Shown here: positions 9,590 to 18,574 of the stretch, in pieces
How the letters are laid out: every line of letters begins with the position of its first letter
How positions within the stretch are numbered: position 1 is the first letter of the stretch
Translations under genes and position numbers: made by a program
The notes under the pieces: generated by a model
The model's database searches: none
What the model was told of the DNA's origin: nothing
The model's input: only the letters and a program-made list of their open reading frames with translations
NCBI GenBank assembly: GCA_963707235.1
Contig: CAVPPC010000004.1
Span: forward strand, 1,960,812 to 2,024,811
DNA from: an uncultured Gammaproteobacteria bacterium
GTDB taxonomy: Bacteria; Pseudomonadota; Gammaproteobacteria; Steroidobacterales; Steroidobacteraceae
Reading direction: 5' to 3'
Length of the DNA: 64,000 nt

Positions 9590-10666
9590 TTAAGGAGGCC
9601 CCGTCGGCACAGTCGCAGTCGGCTCTCCGGGCGGTTCCGCAGGCGCCACAGCTGGAGTCGTGGCTGGCATCGTGGCTGGCGCCTCACCGGCCGCCGCGGG
9701 CGGCGCCTCACCCGCCGTCGCGGCCGGCGCCCCCGGTTCCTCGGCCTCGAGCCCCACGGTCGCCAACACGCCGTCGGCGCGCGCCAGCACCTCGCGCGCG
9801 TAGTCCCAATGGATCGCCACCGTGGTATCGCCCACGGCCTCGCGCAGCAGCTCCGAGAACTTTTCCACATCCGGCTCGTAGCTCTGTCCCTGGGCATCGA
9901 CCGGCGGATGGGCCTCGAGCAACAGCTCGCCGTCGACCCAGGCGACCTTCACCGGTTCGTTGACGATGGTTACCTTGGTACCCACCGGGATCAATTCGTA
10001 CAGCGCCTCGATGTCCTCGGGATACATGCGGATGCAGCCATGCGTCACCGCCAACCCAACCGCGATCGGATTGTTGGTACCGTGGATCAGGTAAGTGCCG
10101 TGGCCCGCGGCCAGGCGCAGTGCGCGGTTGCCGAGCGGATTGTCCGGCCCCGGCGGCACCCTCGCCGGCAGCACGTCGCCATCCTTCGCGTGCTCGGCGC
10201 GCACCGACTCGGTCGGGATCCACCACGGATTCTTCTGCTTGGAGATGACCTGCGTTTCGCCCAGCGGCGTGCGCCAGTCCATCTTGCCAATGCTCACCGG
10301 ATAGCTGATCACCTGCTGGGGCTGGTGCCGCTTGGGCTTCGGATAGTAGTAAAGGCGGTGCTCGGCGATGTTGACGACGATGCCTTCGTGCGGGCCCGCC
10401 GGCAGGATGTGCCGTCCCGGTATCAACACGGTCTTGTCCGCGCCCGGAATCCACGGATCAAGCGTTGGGTTGACGCGGATCAGTTCATCCGAGCCCAGGC
10501 TGTAGCGACGCGCCATGTCGTAGAGCGTGTCTTCGTAGACGGTCTGGACGCGCTGGTCCTCGCCGAATACGCGCTGCGCGGGGTCGGTGAAGTCGTACAC
10601 CGTCGCCGCACAGGGTCCGCTGGCGGCCGCCAGCAGCAGCGCAATATGAACTTTTGTTTTGAGCAT
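9590..10666 (-). CDS. L,D-transpeptidase (YkuD domain) with an N-terminal LysM-like segment
   Basis: Signal peptide 'MLKTKVHIALLLAAASGPCAA'. YkuD catalytic motif 'LIHGTNNPIAVGLAVTHGCIRMYPEDIEAL'. Pro/Ala-rich C-terminal tail. Confidence 0.85.
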   Translation of the reverse strand: MLKTKVHIALLLAAASGPCAATVYDFTDPAQRVFGEDQRVQTVYEDTLYDMARRYSLGSDELIRVNPTLDPWIPGADKTVLIPGRHILPAGPHEGIVVNIAEHRLYYYPKPKRHQPQQVISYPVSIGKMDWRTPLGETQVISKQKNPWWIPTESVRAEHAKDGDVLPARVPPGPDNPLGNRALRLAAGHGTYLIHGTNNPIAVGLAVTHGCIRMYPEDIEALYELIPVGTKVTIVNEPVKVAWVDGELLLEAHPPVDAQGQSYEPDVEKFSELLREAVGDTTVAIHWDYAREVLARADGVLATVGLEAEEPGAPAATAGEAPPAAAGEAPATMPATTPAVAPAEPPGEPTATVPTGPP

Positions 10667-10725
10667 TGTTTTGACTGGGAAACCGCAGTCGATAGCCTAG
10701 CACGGAGAAACTGCCGGCTTTAAAT

Positions 10726-10751
10726 CGATACCAGACAAATGTATGGTATCG
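10726..10751 (+). promoter_or_regulatory. Palindrome CGATACCA-N10-TGGTATCG immediately upstream of the lexA start; candidate SOS/LexA operator
   Basis: The 8-bp arms are perfect. The inner 20-mer TACCAGACAA/ATGTATGGTA is an 8/10 half-site palindrome. It ends 4 nt before ATG 10755. Confidence 0.4.
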
Positions 10752-10754
10752 GCC

Positions 10755-11396
10755 ATGAATGCCATTACCACCGAACCCACCCCCCGCCAGCGCCAGTTGC
10801 TGGAGCTGATCGAGCAGTTCCTGGGCCGCCACGGCCGGCCGCCGACCCGCGCCGATCTCGCCCGCGCCATGGGGCTGCGCAATCGCCAGGGCATCGACCA
10901 GCACCTGCGCGCGCTCGAGGGCAAGGGGCTGATCGCGCTCGAACCCGGCGTGGCCCGCAATATCCGCCTGCTGCAACCCTCGTTCGCACTGACGCGCCGG
11001 CTCTCGCTCTACGGCCGCGTCGCGGCGGGCGTGCCAACGCTGGCGCAGGGCAACGTCGAGGACGAACTGCTGCTCGATCCCGCGCTGTTTCGTCCGCGCG
11101 CCGATTTCCTGCTGCGCGTGCACGGCCAGAGCATGCTCGAGGCCGACATCCACGATCGCGACATCCTCGCGATCCATCGCACCGCGCAGGTCAGCAACGG
11201 CCAGATCGTGGTCGCGCGCCTGGGCGATGAAGCCACCGTCAAGTATTACCGCCGCAAGGGCCATCTGCTGCGGCTCGAACCGGCGAACGCCGCCTTCCGG
11301 CCGATCGAAGTCGACCTGCGCCACCAGCACTGTGTGATCGAGGGGCTGGTCGTAGGGCTGGTTCGCAGCGGCATGCCACAGGCGCGCAAGTCATGA
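10755..11396 (+). CDS. lexA: LexA repressor (cassette-associated LexA2 type)
   Basis: 'MNAITTEPTPRQRQLLELIEQFLGRHGRPPTRADLARAMGL...LEGKGLI' is a winged HTH. 'GRVAAGVP' is the cleavage site. 'VHGQSMLEADIHDRDILAIHR...VVARLGDEATVKYY' is the S24 peptidase. An alternative start exists at 10743. Confidence 0.9.
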   Translation: MNAITTEPTPRQRQLLELIEQFLGRHGRPPTRADLARAMGLRNRQGIDQHLRALEGKGLIALEPGVARNIRLLQPSFALTRRLSLYGRVAAGVPTLAQGNVEDELLLDPALFRPRADFLLRVHGQSMLEADIHDRDILAIHRTAQVSNGQIVVARLGDEATVKYYRRKGHLLRLEPANAAFRPIEVDLRHQHCVIEGLVVGLVRSGMPQARKS

Positions 11397-12151
11397 CGGG
11401 ACAGGTGTTGTATGAGATGGACGAGGAGATCGTTCCCCCTTTTTCGTCGCTCCCCGTAACTCGCTTTGGAAAAAGGGGGAACGACCTCCTCGCCCAGCCC
11501 GTACGGCCCCTGGACCGTGATGAGTTGCGTGTGCAACTGGAGCGCATGAGCCACGGCGGCCAGGCCGGTGGGCAGACCGGCGAGCAGGCGCGGGCGGTGG
11601 CGGTGCCGACGGGATTCGCGAAACTCGATGCGGCGTTGCCCGACGGCGGGTGGCCGGTGGGCGCGATCACCGAGCTGATGCCCGAAGCGCAGGGGATCGG
11701 CGAACTCTCGCTGCTCATGCCGGCGCTCGCGCAGCTCAGCCGCGCAGGACGTTACCTGGCGTGGATCGCGCCGCCCTGCCTGCCCTATCCGCCGGCGCTC
11801 GTGCAGCACGGCCTCGCACTCGACCGTCTGCTGCTCGTGCAGGCACACGATGCGCGCTCCGTACTGTGGGCCGCCGAGCAGGTGCTGCGCTGTCCCGCCA
11901 TCGGCGCGGTGCTCGCCTGGCCCGCAGCGCTCGATGACCGGCGCGTGCGCCGGCTCCAGCTCGCGGCCGAGGCCGGCGGCAGTTGCGGCCTGCTCTACCG
12001 CCCACCGGCTGCGGCGCAACAGCCCTCACCCGCCGCGCTGCGGCTGCGGCTTCGAGCCCTCGATGGCGGGCTGCACATCGACATCCACAAAGCCCGCGGC
12101 AGGCACGCGCATGCTCTGGTTGTGCATCCTGCTGCCGCGCTTTGCGCTTGA
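11393..12151 (+). CDS. imuA: ImuA (SulA/RecA-like translesion synthesis protein); the start may be ATG 11546
   Basis: 'PTGFAKLDAALPDGGWPVGAITELMPEAQGIGELSLLMPALAQLS...YLAWIAPP...LLLVQA...WAAEQVLRCPAIGAVLAWP'. The ATG at 11393 overlaps the lexA stop, but residues 11-33 are encoded by a 23-bp-stem palindrome. Confidence 0.8.
   Translation: MTGQVLYEMDEEIVPPFSSLPVTRFGKRGNDLLAQPVRPLDRDELRVQLERMSHGGQAGGQTGEQARAVAVPTGFAKLDAALPDGGWPVGAITELMPEAQGIGELSLLMPALAQLSRAGRYLAWIAPPCLPYPPALVQHGLALDRLLLVQAHDARSVLWAAEQVLRCPAIGAVLAWPAALDDRRVRRLQLAAEAGGSCGLLYRPPAAAQQPSPAALRLRLRALDGGLHIDIHKARGRHAHALVVHPAAALCA
11423..11491. repeat. Long hairpin / palindromic element (23-bp stem with 1 mismatch, 23-nt loop)
   Basis: Left arm 11423-11445 is GAGGAGATCGTTCCCCCTTTTTC. 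Right arm 11469-11491 is GAAAAAGGGGGAACGACCTCCTC. The match is 22/23. It produces mirrored peptides 'VPPFS...KRGNDLL' on both strands. Confidence 0.75.
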
Positions 12152-13448
12152 GGCGCCGGCCGGCGGCGCGGGCGTAGCGGACTCACGCAACGCGCAGGCC
12201 GCGCTCGAGACCCTGGCGCTGTGGGCGTTGCAATGGAGCAGCCAGGTCAGTTACCGCAGCGCGAGCGAGGATGCGCGCCACATCGCCGTGGCGCAGGGTG
12301 CGGCGCAGGGCGCTGCGCTGTGGCTCGAGATCGGCGCGAGCCGTGCGCTGTTCGGCGATCACTCGCTGCTGCGCGCACGCCTGGCCTGCGAACTCAAGGC
12401 CCTCGGCTACAGCTTCCGGCTCGGCATCGCCTCCACTCCGCAAGGCGCGACGATCCTGGCGCGCGCCGGCCTCGACACCGTCGCCGCAACACCGGCGCAG
12501 CTACGGCAGCAACTCGAGCCGCTGCCACTCGCGCTGCTCTCGATGCCGGACGAACAGCTCACAGCGCTGCACGCTGTCGGCCTGCGGCGCATCGGCGAAT
12601 TGCTCGCGCTGCCTGCGGCGGCGATCGCGCAACGCTTTGGTCCCGCCGCCAGCCTGTATCTGCAGCGGCTGCGCGGCGCCGTGCATGAACCGCAACGCAA
12701 TGTGCGGGCGCCGGCGCGCTTTGCCAGCCGCTGCGAATTCTCCGGCGCGATCACCGACGCCACGGCGCTGCTGTTTCCGCTGCAGCGCCTGCTGGCCGGA
12801 CTGCAGGGCTACCTGCGCTCGCTCGATCGGGCCGTGCAGCGCTACACGCTGTGTCTCGAGCACCATCGCGGCAATGCGACCCGCCTGACGATCGGCTCTG
12901 CCCGGCCCGGCCGCGATGCCGTGCAACTGCTGGCGCTGGCCCGCGAACGGCTGGCCACCACCGTGCTGACCGCGCCCGTGCTTGGACTCGCGCTCGAAGC
13001 CGACGAGCTGCTGCAGCCGCTGGTGTTGCAGGGCGATATGTTTTCACACGCGACACAGCAGGCCGAGCAACTCCAGCATTCGCTCGACCGGCTCACCGCG
13101 CGCTTAGGTCCTGCCGCGGTGCAGTCGCTGGACAGCGCCGCCGATCATCGTCCCGAGCGCGCCTGGCAACTGCAGGCCGCGCAGCTCGCGGCGCAACCCG
13201 CTGCGCGGTCCGCCGCACGGCCCGCAGCGCAAGCGCCCGACCGCCCCTGCTGGCTGCTGCCGCAACCGCGCCGCATCGACGCGCCGCGCGAACTGCTCGC
13301 CGGCCCCGAGCGCATCGAGAGCGGCTGGTGGGATGGCGCCGATGTCGCGCGCGACTACTACCTGGCGCGCGGCGAGCATGGCGCGCAGCTGTGGGTGTTC
13401 CGCGACCTGCGCAGTGGTGAGTGGTGCCTGCATGGGCTGTGGGCATGA
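12111..13448 (+). CDS. imuB: ImuB (Y-family DNA polymerase-like)
   Basis: '[15 protein letters not shown]' at ATG 12111 is a typical ImuB N-terminus. The gene overlaps the imuA 3' end. The C-terminus 'GWWDG...[33 protein letters not shown]' is characteristic. Confidence 0.85.
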   Translation: MLWLCILLPRFALEAPAGGAGVADSRNAQAALETLALWALQWSSQVSYRSASEDARHIAVAQGAAQGAALWLEIGASRALFGDHSLLRARLACELKALGYSFRLGIASTPQGATILARAGLDTVAATPAQLRQQLEPLPLALLSMPDEQLTALHAVGLRRIGELLALPAAAIAQRFGPAASLYLQRLRGAVHEPQRNVRAPARFASRCEFSGAITDATALLFPLQRLLAGLQGYLRSLDRAVQRYTLCLEHHRGNATRLTIGSARPGRDAVQLLALARERLATTVLTAPVLGLALEADELLQPLVLQGDMFSHATQQAEQLQHSLDRLTARLGPAAVQSLDSAADHRPERAWQLQAAQLAAQPAARSAARPAAQAPDRPCWLLPQPRRIDAPRELLAGPERIESGWWDGADVARDYYLARGEHGAQLWVFRDLRSGEWCLHGLWA

Positions 13449-13452
13449 GCAT

Positions 13453-13657
13453 GCGCGCGGATCCTGTTGCTCTTTCTGCGTGCCGTCGGCCGCGCTTCAG
13501 CCGGACGGCGCAGACGCCGTCCGGCTGGCGAGCCTTGCCCTCGCGAGCGCGACTGCACGTCGGGACACTGCGAGCCCACAGCGCATCGCGGCGTCGCTCC
13601 TCGCTCGGGCTGCGGCGGCCGCCGATGCACACAGAAAGAGCAACAGGATCCGCACGC
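13453..13657. repeat. Inverted-repeat element A in the imuB-dnaE2 spacer (31-nt arms, 29/31 match), with an inner perfect 13-bp hairpin
   Basis: Arm 13453-13483 is GCGCGCGGATCCTGTTGCTCTTTCTGCGTGC. Arm 13627-13657 is GCACACAGAAAGAGCAACAGGATCCGCACGC. The inner hairpin at 13498-13527 is CAGCCGGACGGCG-caga-CGCCGTCCGGCTG. Confidence 0.75.
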
Positions 13658-13786
13658 TTACCCGGACCACACGTAGATGCGCGCACCACCCGCGTACTGA
13701 GCCGCCCGGGAGGTGTGGTGCCCGCTGCCACCGCTGCGCGCGGCGTAACGGTCATGGCACCGCTGTGGCCGAGGTCGTGGCCGCGT

Positions 13787-13982
13787 GGTGGCAATGCCGG
13801 AACGCATCGGCGGGTGCCGAAGCGCGGGCCAGACGCGCGCCAGTGCGAGGCCGTGGTGTACCGATGGTCCACTGGCGCCGCGCGCGGCGGACCGCGCGAG
13901 GTTCGCCGCCGCGCGCAACGCCTTTTCCTGGCTCAGCGCATTTTCGCGGCGGCGCACCCGCCGGCGTTCCGGCATTGCCACC
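13787..13982. repeat. Inverted-repeat element B in the imuB-dnaE2 spacer (19-nt perfect arms, extendable imperfectly to about 36 nt)
   Basis: Arm 13787-13805 is GGTGGCAATGCCGGAACGC. Arm 13964-13982 is GCGTTCCGGCATTGCCACC. The arm sequence is unrelated to element A. Confidence 0.75.
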
Positions 13983-14013
13983 GCGTGGCCGCGACTACGA
14001 CTGCGTCGACGCC

Positions 14014-17000
14014 ATGACCGATTACGCCGAGCTCCACTGCCTCAGCAACTTCAGCTTCCTGCGCGGCGCCTCGCATCCGGCCGAGCTGGTGACGCGCGCG
14101 CACGAGCTCGGTTACCGCGCGCTGGCGCTGACCGATGAATGTTCGATGGCCGGCGTGGTGCGGGCCTGCGAAGCGGTGCGCGCGTTGCCCACGGGCAGCA
14201 GCCTGCGGCTGATCGTCGGCGCGGAATTCCGCTGCAACGACGGACTGCATCTGCGTGTTGCTGGCGCCGGAGCAGCGCGCCTACGCACAGATCTGCCGGC
14301 TCATCACCCGCGCGCGGCGGCGCGCCGCCAAGGGCCGCTACGAACTCGCGCCGGCCGACCTCGATGACGGACTCGATGCCTGCCTCGCATTGTGGCTGCC
14401 GCCCGCGCGCGACGCGCTGGCGTGGGCTGACACGCTGGCGCAAGGCCGCCGCCTGCGCGAGCGCTTTGCGGAGCGCGCCTGGCTGGCGGTGGAACTGCAC
14501 CGCGGCGGCGGCGATCGCGCGCGGCTGGCGTACTGCCTGGAACTGGCGACGCAATGCGCGCTGCCCGCGATCGCGGCCGGCGACGTGCACATGCACCGGC
14601 GCAGCCGCCGGCGGCTGCAGGATCTGCTGACCGCGATCCGCCACGGCTGCACGCTCGCCACCGCGGGCGCGCGGCTGTTCCCGAACGGCGAGCGGCATCT
14701 GCGGCCGGTGACAACGCTCGCGCGGCTCTATCCGCCCGAGTTGCTCGCCGCCAGCGTCGCGATTGCCGAGCGCTGCCGCTTCGATCTCGGCCAGCTGCAC
14801 TACGAATATCCGGCCGAGCTGGTGCCGGCCGGGAGCAGCGCTGGTGAACACCTGCGCGCGCTGAGCATGGCCGGCGCGCGCGCGCGCTGGCCTGATGGCA
14901 CACCTGCAGCCGTGGCTGCGCTGCTGGAAAAGGAGCTGCAGCTCATCGCCGAGCTCCGCTACGAGCACTTCTTCCTCACCGTGCACGACGTGGTCGCGTT
15001 TGCGCGCGCACGCGGCATCCTCTGCCAGGGGCGCGGTTCGGCCGCCAACTCCGCGGTCTGCTACGCGCTCGGCATCACCGAAGTCGATCCGGCGCGCATG
15101 ACCTTGCTGTTCGAGCGCTTCATCAGCCGCGAGCGGCGCGAGCCGCCGGACATCGACGTCGACTTCGAGCACGAGCGGCGCGAAGAGGTGATCCAGTACA
15201 TCTACGCCAAGTACGGGCGCGAGCGCACCGCGCTCGCCGCCACCGTCATCACCTACCGCGGGCGCAGCGCGCGCCGCGATGTCGGACGCGCGCTGGGAGC
15301 ATTGCCGGAAACGGCCTCCGCCGCCGAGCGCGCCGCGCAGGCGGAACTCGCGGCGCAACTGGTCGGCGAGCTGCGCGGCTTTCCGCGCCATCTGTCGCAG
15401 CACGTCGGCGGCTTCGTGATCTCGGGCGAACCGCTCCACGAACTGGTGCCGATCGAAAACGCCGCGATGCCCGATCGCACCGTGATCCAGTGGGACAAGG
15501 ACGATCTGGAGACCCTCGGGCTCCTCAAGGTCGACGTGCTGGCGCTCGGCATGCTGACCGCGATGCGCAAGGCGCTCGAGCTGCACCGGCGCGCATCGCG
15601 GCTGGCCAAAGCGCATGCAGGACATCCCCGCGGAGGACCGCGCCACCTACGACATGATCTGCCGCGCCGAAACCGTCGGCGTGTTCCAGATCGAATCGCG
15701 CGCGCAGATGAGCATGCTGCCGCGGCTGAAGCCGCGCTGCTTCTACGACCTGGTGATCGAAGTGGCGATCATCCGCCCCGGTCCGATCCAGGGCGGCATG
15801 GTGCATCCCTATCTGCAGCGCCGCGCCGATCCGGCCGCCGTCAGCTATCCGAGCCCGGAGCTCGCCGAGGTGCTGCGGCGCACGCTCGGCGTGCCGATCT
15901 TCCAGGAACAGGTGATGCAGATCGCGGTCGCGGCCGCGAACTTCAGCGCCGGCGAGGCCGACCAGCTGCGCCGCTCGATGGCGGCATGGAAACGCCGCGG
16001 CGGGCTCGAACCGTTCCGCGAACGCCTGCTCTCCGGCATGGCGGCCAACGGCTACAGCGAGGAGTTCGCCCTTGGCATCTACAAGCAGATCCTTGGATTT
16101 GGCGAATACGGCTTCCCGGAATCGCACGCCGCCTCGTTCGCGCTGCTTACCTATGTCTCCTGCTGGCTCAAGCGCCACGAGCCCGCCGCCTTCTTCGCCG
16201 CGCTGCTCAACAGCCAGCCGATGGGTTTCTACCAGCCGGCGCAGCTGGTGCAGGAAGCGCGGCGCGATGGCGTCATCATCCTGCCGCCTGATGTGCTGGT
16301 CAGCGACTGGGACTGCACGCTGGAGAGCGGCCGCGGCGGCGTGTTAGCGATTCGAATTGGCCTGGCGCTGGTGCGTTCACTGCCGCGGGCCGACGCCGCA
16401 CGGATCATCGCGGCGCGCGGCGCGCAACCGTTCCACAGCATCGCCGACCTGGCGCAGCGCGCGGCCCTGCCCCGGCGTTGCATGCGCATGCTGGCGGGCG
16501 CAGGCGCGTTGCGTTCACTGAGTGGGCACCGGCACGAGGCTGGCTGGCTGGCGCTCGGCGCCGAACCACCGCCAGGTTCGCTGCCGCTCGCTGCTGGCCA
16601 CGAACCAGCGGTGGCGTTGCGGGCACCGGATATGGCCGAGGAAATCATGGCGGACTACCGCCAGCTCTCGCTCAGCACCACGCAGCATCCGCTTGCGCTG
16701 CTGCGCGGGCAGCTGCGCGCGCGTGGGCTATCCAGCAACCTGGAGCTGCGTGCGCTGCCGGATGGCGCGCCGGTGCGCGTCGGCGGACTGGTCACGCACC
16801 TGCAGCAGCCCGGCACAGCCTCGGGCGTGGTGTTCCTCTCGCTCGAGGACGAGACCGGCATCGTCAATGTGATCCTGTGGCCACAGGTGTTCGAGACGCA
16901 GCGCGAACCGGCGCTCGCGGCCAGCGTGCTGGAAGTGAACGGCACGCTGCAGAACCAGCACGGCGTCGCGCACGTGGTCGCGCGCACGCTGCACGATCGC

Positions 17001-17048
17001 TCACACTGGTTGCATGGGCTGACGCGCCGCTCGCGCGATTTCCACTAG
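14014..17048 (+). CDS. dnaE2: Error-prone DNA polymerase III alpha subunit DnaE2 (ImuC); two frame disruptions
   Basis: The N-terminus from ATG 14014 is '[26 protein letters not shown]'. The middle section is '[21 protein letters not shown]...[20 protein letters not shown]'. The C-terminal part is '[20 protein letters not shown]...'. The frame changes near 14250 and 15610. Confidence 0.9.
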
Positions 17049-17932
17049 CTGCTGAGCGCCTTGCGGAGCGATTCCAGTTCGGCGGCCGAATCGGCCAGCA
17101 GGCTGGCGCAGCCTGCCTTCAGGCCGAGGCGCTGCATCGGTTTCGAATCGGCCAGCAGTCCCTGCAGCAGTTCCGGATCCTCGCCATGGCTGAGCAGCAG
17201 GTCGGCAGCGGCCAGCACATCCGCCAGATCGGGTGTGTGGCGCGGATCGGAGTCGACCGTGGGCCAGTCGCGCACCGCAGCGACAATCTCCGGCGCCATC
17301 TGCCAGCTCTCCAGCAACGCCTGTGCGATGCTCGGATGCCAGTCGCGCACCAGGCCGTGGAAAGCAGCCTCGTCCGCGAACAGCTCGGGATGCCTGCTCA
17401 TCTGCGTCAGCAGGTACAGCTTGCCGATGCCGGAGAGGATGCCGGCGAGCATCGCCGTGTCGGGACGGCTCTTGCCGGTCGCGCGCGCCACCACGTAGGC
17501 CATCGCCGCGCGCGCCACGCTCTCGCGCCACAGCGCAGCCATCGGCTCTTCGATGTTCTTGTACTCGCCGGCCTGGCGAATCTGCACCATCGCAAACGCC
17601 GCCGCGGTGGTGCGCAGCGCGTCGAAGCCGAGCAGCACGATGGCGGTGCGCAGGTCGGTGATCTTGCGGCCGCTGGGGTTCAGCGCCGCTGCGCCCGCCA
17701 TGGTCGTGACCCGCGCCGCCAGCACCGGTTCGGCGCCCAGTACGCGCACCAGCAGGTCGGCGTCGCTGTCTTCGTCAGCCAGCATTTTCTGCAGGCGGAT
17801 GGCCACCTGCGGATAGCTCGGCAACGAGACCGTGCCAGCCGACAGCGCCGCCGCCAGTTCCCGCACCAGATTGAAGGCCGCCGTGTCAGCGGTGGCTGCC
17901 GAGGGTGTCTTTTCCGCTTGCGAAGGTGTCAT
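17045..17932 (-). CDS. HDOD domain-containing signalling protein
   Basis: 'LPSYPQVAIRLQKMLADEDSDADLLVRVLGAEPVLAARVTTMAGAAALNPSGRKITDLRTAIVLLGFDALRT' matches the HDOD pattern. The ORF is intact at 295 aa. Confidence 0.8.
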   Translation of the reverse strand: MTPSQAEKTPSAATADTAAFNLVRELAAALSAGTVSLPSYPQVAIRLQKMLADEDSDADLLVRVLGAEPVLAARVTTMAGAAALNPSGRKITDLRTAIVLLGFDALRTTAAAFAMVQIRQAGEYKNIEEPMAALWRESVARAAMAYVVARATGKSRPDTAMLAGILSGIGKLYLLTQMSRHPELFADEAAFHGLVRDWHPSIAQALLESWQMAPEIVAAVRDWPTVDSDPRHTPDLADVLAAADLLLSHGEDPELLQGLLADSKPMQRLGLKAGCASLLADSAAELESLRKALSS

Positions 17933-17983
17933 AGCGGCAAATATCGGCGGATCGGACGCCGACTTGAGCGCTACCGGGCCGTC

Positions 17984-18556
17984 CTAGCGGGTTTCGCGCA
18001 GATACGGCAGTGCGGCACGCAGGTACAGGAACATCGAGAGCAGCGTCAGGCCAGCGGCGACGACCGTGAGCCACTGTCCGAGCAGGTACATCGGCAGTCC
18101 AAAGAGATCGTGGCGGTACAGCAGCAGGCTCACGCCCACCATCTGCAGGATGGTCTTGTACTTTCCAAGCGCCGACACCGCCACCTTGGTGCGGTGGCCG
18201 AGTTCGGCCATCCATTCGCGCAAGGCCGAGACGGCGATCTCGCGGCCGATGATCACGACGGCAGCGAGCACGATCACCAGGCGCGGATCACGGCTGACGA
18301 TCAGCACCAGCGCCACGGTCACGATCAGCTTGTCGGCAACCGGGTCCAGGAACGCGCCGAGCGAAGTGGTCTGGCCGAGTCGCCGCGCCAGATAGCCATC
18401 GAGCGTGTCGGTGATGGCCGCCGCGGCGAACAACAACCCCGCTGCCTGGTCCGCGATGCCGGCCGGATTGCGGCGGCCCATCACAAACGACACGATGACC
18501 AGCGGAATCGCCAGGATCCGCAACCACGTCAGGACAATCGGCAGGTTCCAGATCAT
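17984..18556 (-). CDS. pgsA: CDP-diacylglycerol--glycerol-3-phosphate 3-phosphatidyltransferase
   Basis: 'NLPIVLTWLRILAIPLVIV' plus the CDP-alcohol phosphatidyltransferase motif 'DTLDGYLARRLGQTTSLGAFLDPVADKL'. Confidence 0.9.
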   Translation of the reverse strand: MIWNLPIVLTWLRILAIPLVIVSFVMGRRNPAGIADQAAGLLFAAAAITDTLDGYLARRLGQTTSLGAFLDPVADKLIVTVALVLIVSRDPRLVIVLAAVVIIGREIAVSALREWMAELGHRTKVAVSALGKYKTILQMVGVSLLLYRHDLFGLPMYLLGQWLTVVAAGLTLLSMFLYLRAALPYLRETR

Positions 18557-18574
18557 CTACAGGTTCCAGACTTT

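Noticed and set aside
6471-9593. 1040-aa ORF on the plus strand
   Set aside because: It lies antisense to the well-supported lysAC gene. Its Arg/Ala/Gly-rich, low-complexity translation is typical of spurious antisense ORFs in high-GC DNA, and it has no recognisable motifs.
13333-14367. 344-aa ORF bridging imuB, the spacer and dnaE2
   Set aside because: Only its last roughly 80 codons (from ATG 14014) match DnaE2. The upstream part is Arg/Ala-rich read-through of the palindromic spacer, not a fusion protein.
14051-15646. 531-aa ORF on the minus strand
   Set aside because: It is antisense to dnaE2, has no motifs, and has the composition typical of a shadow ORF.
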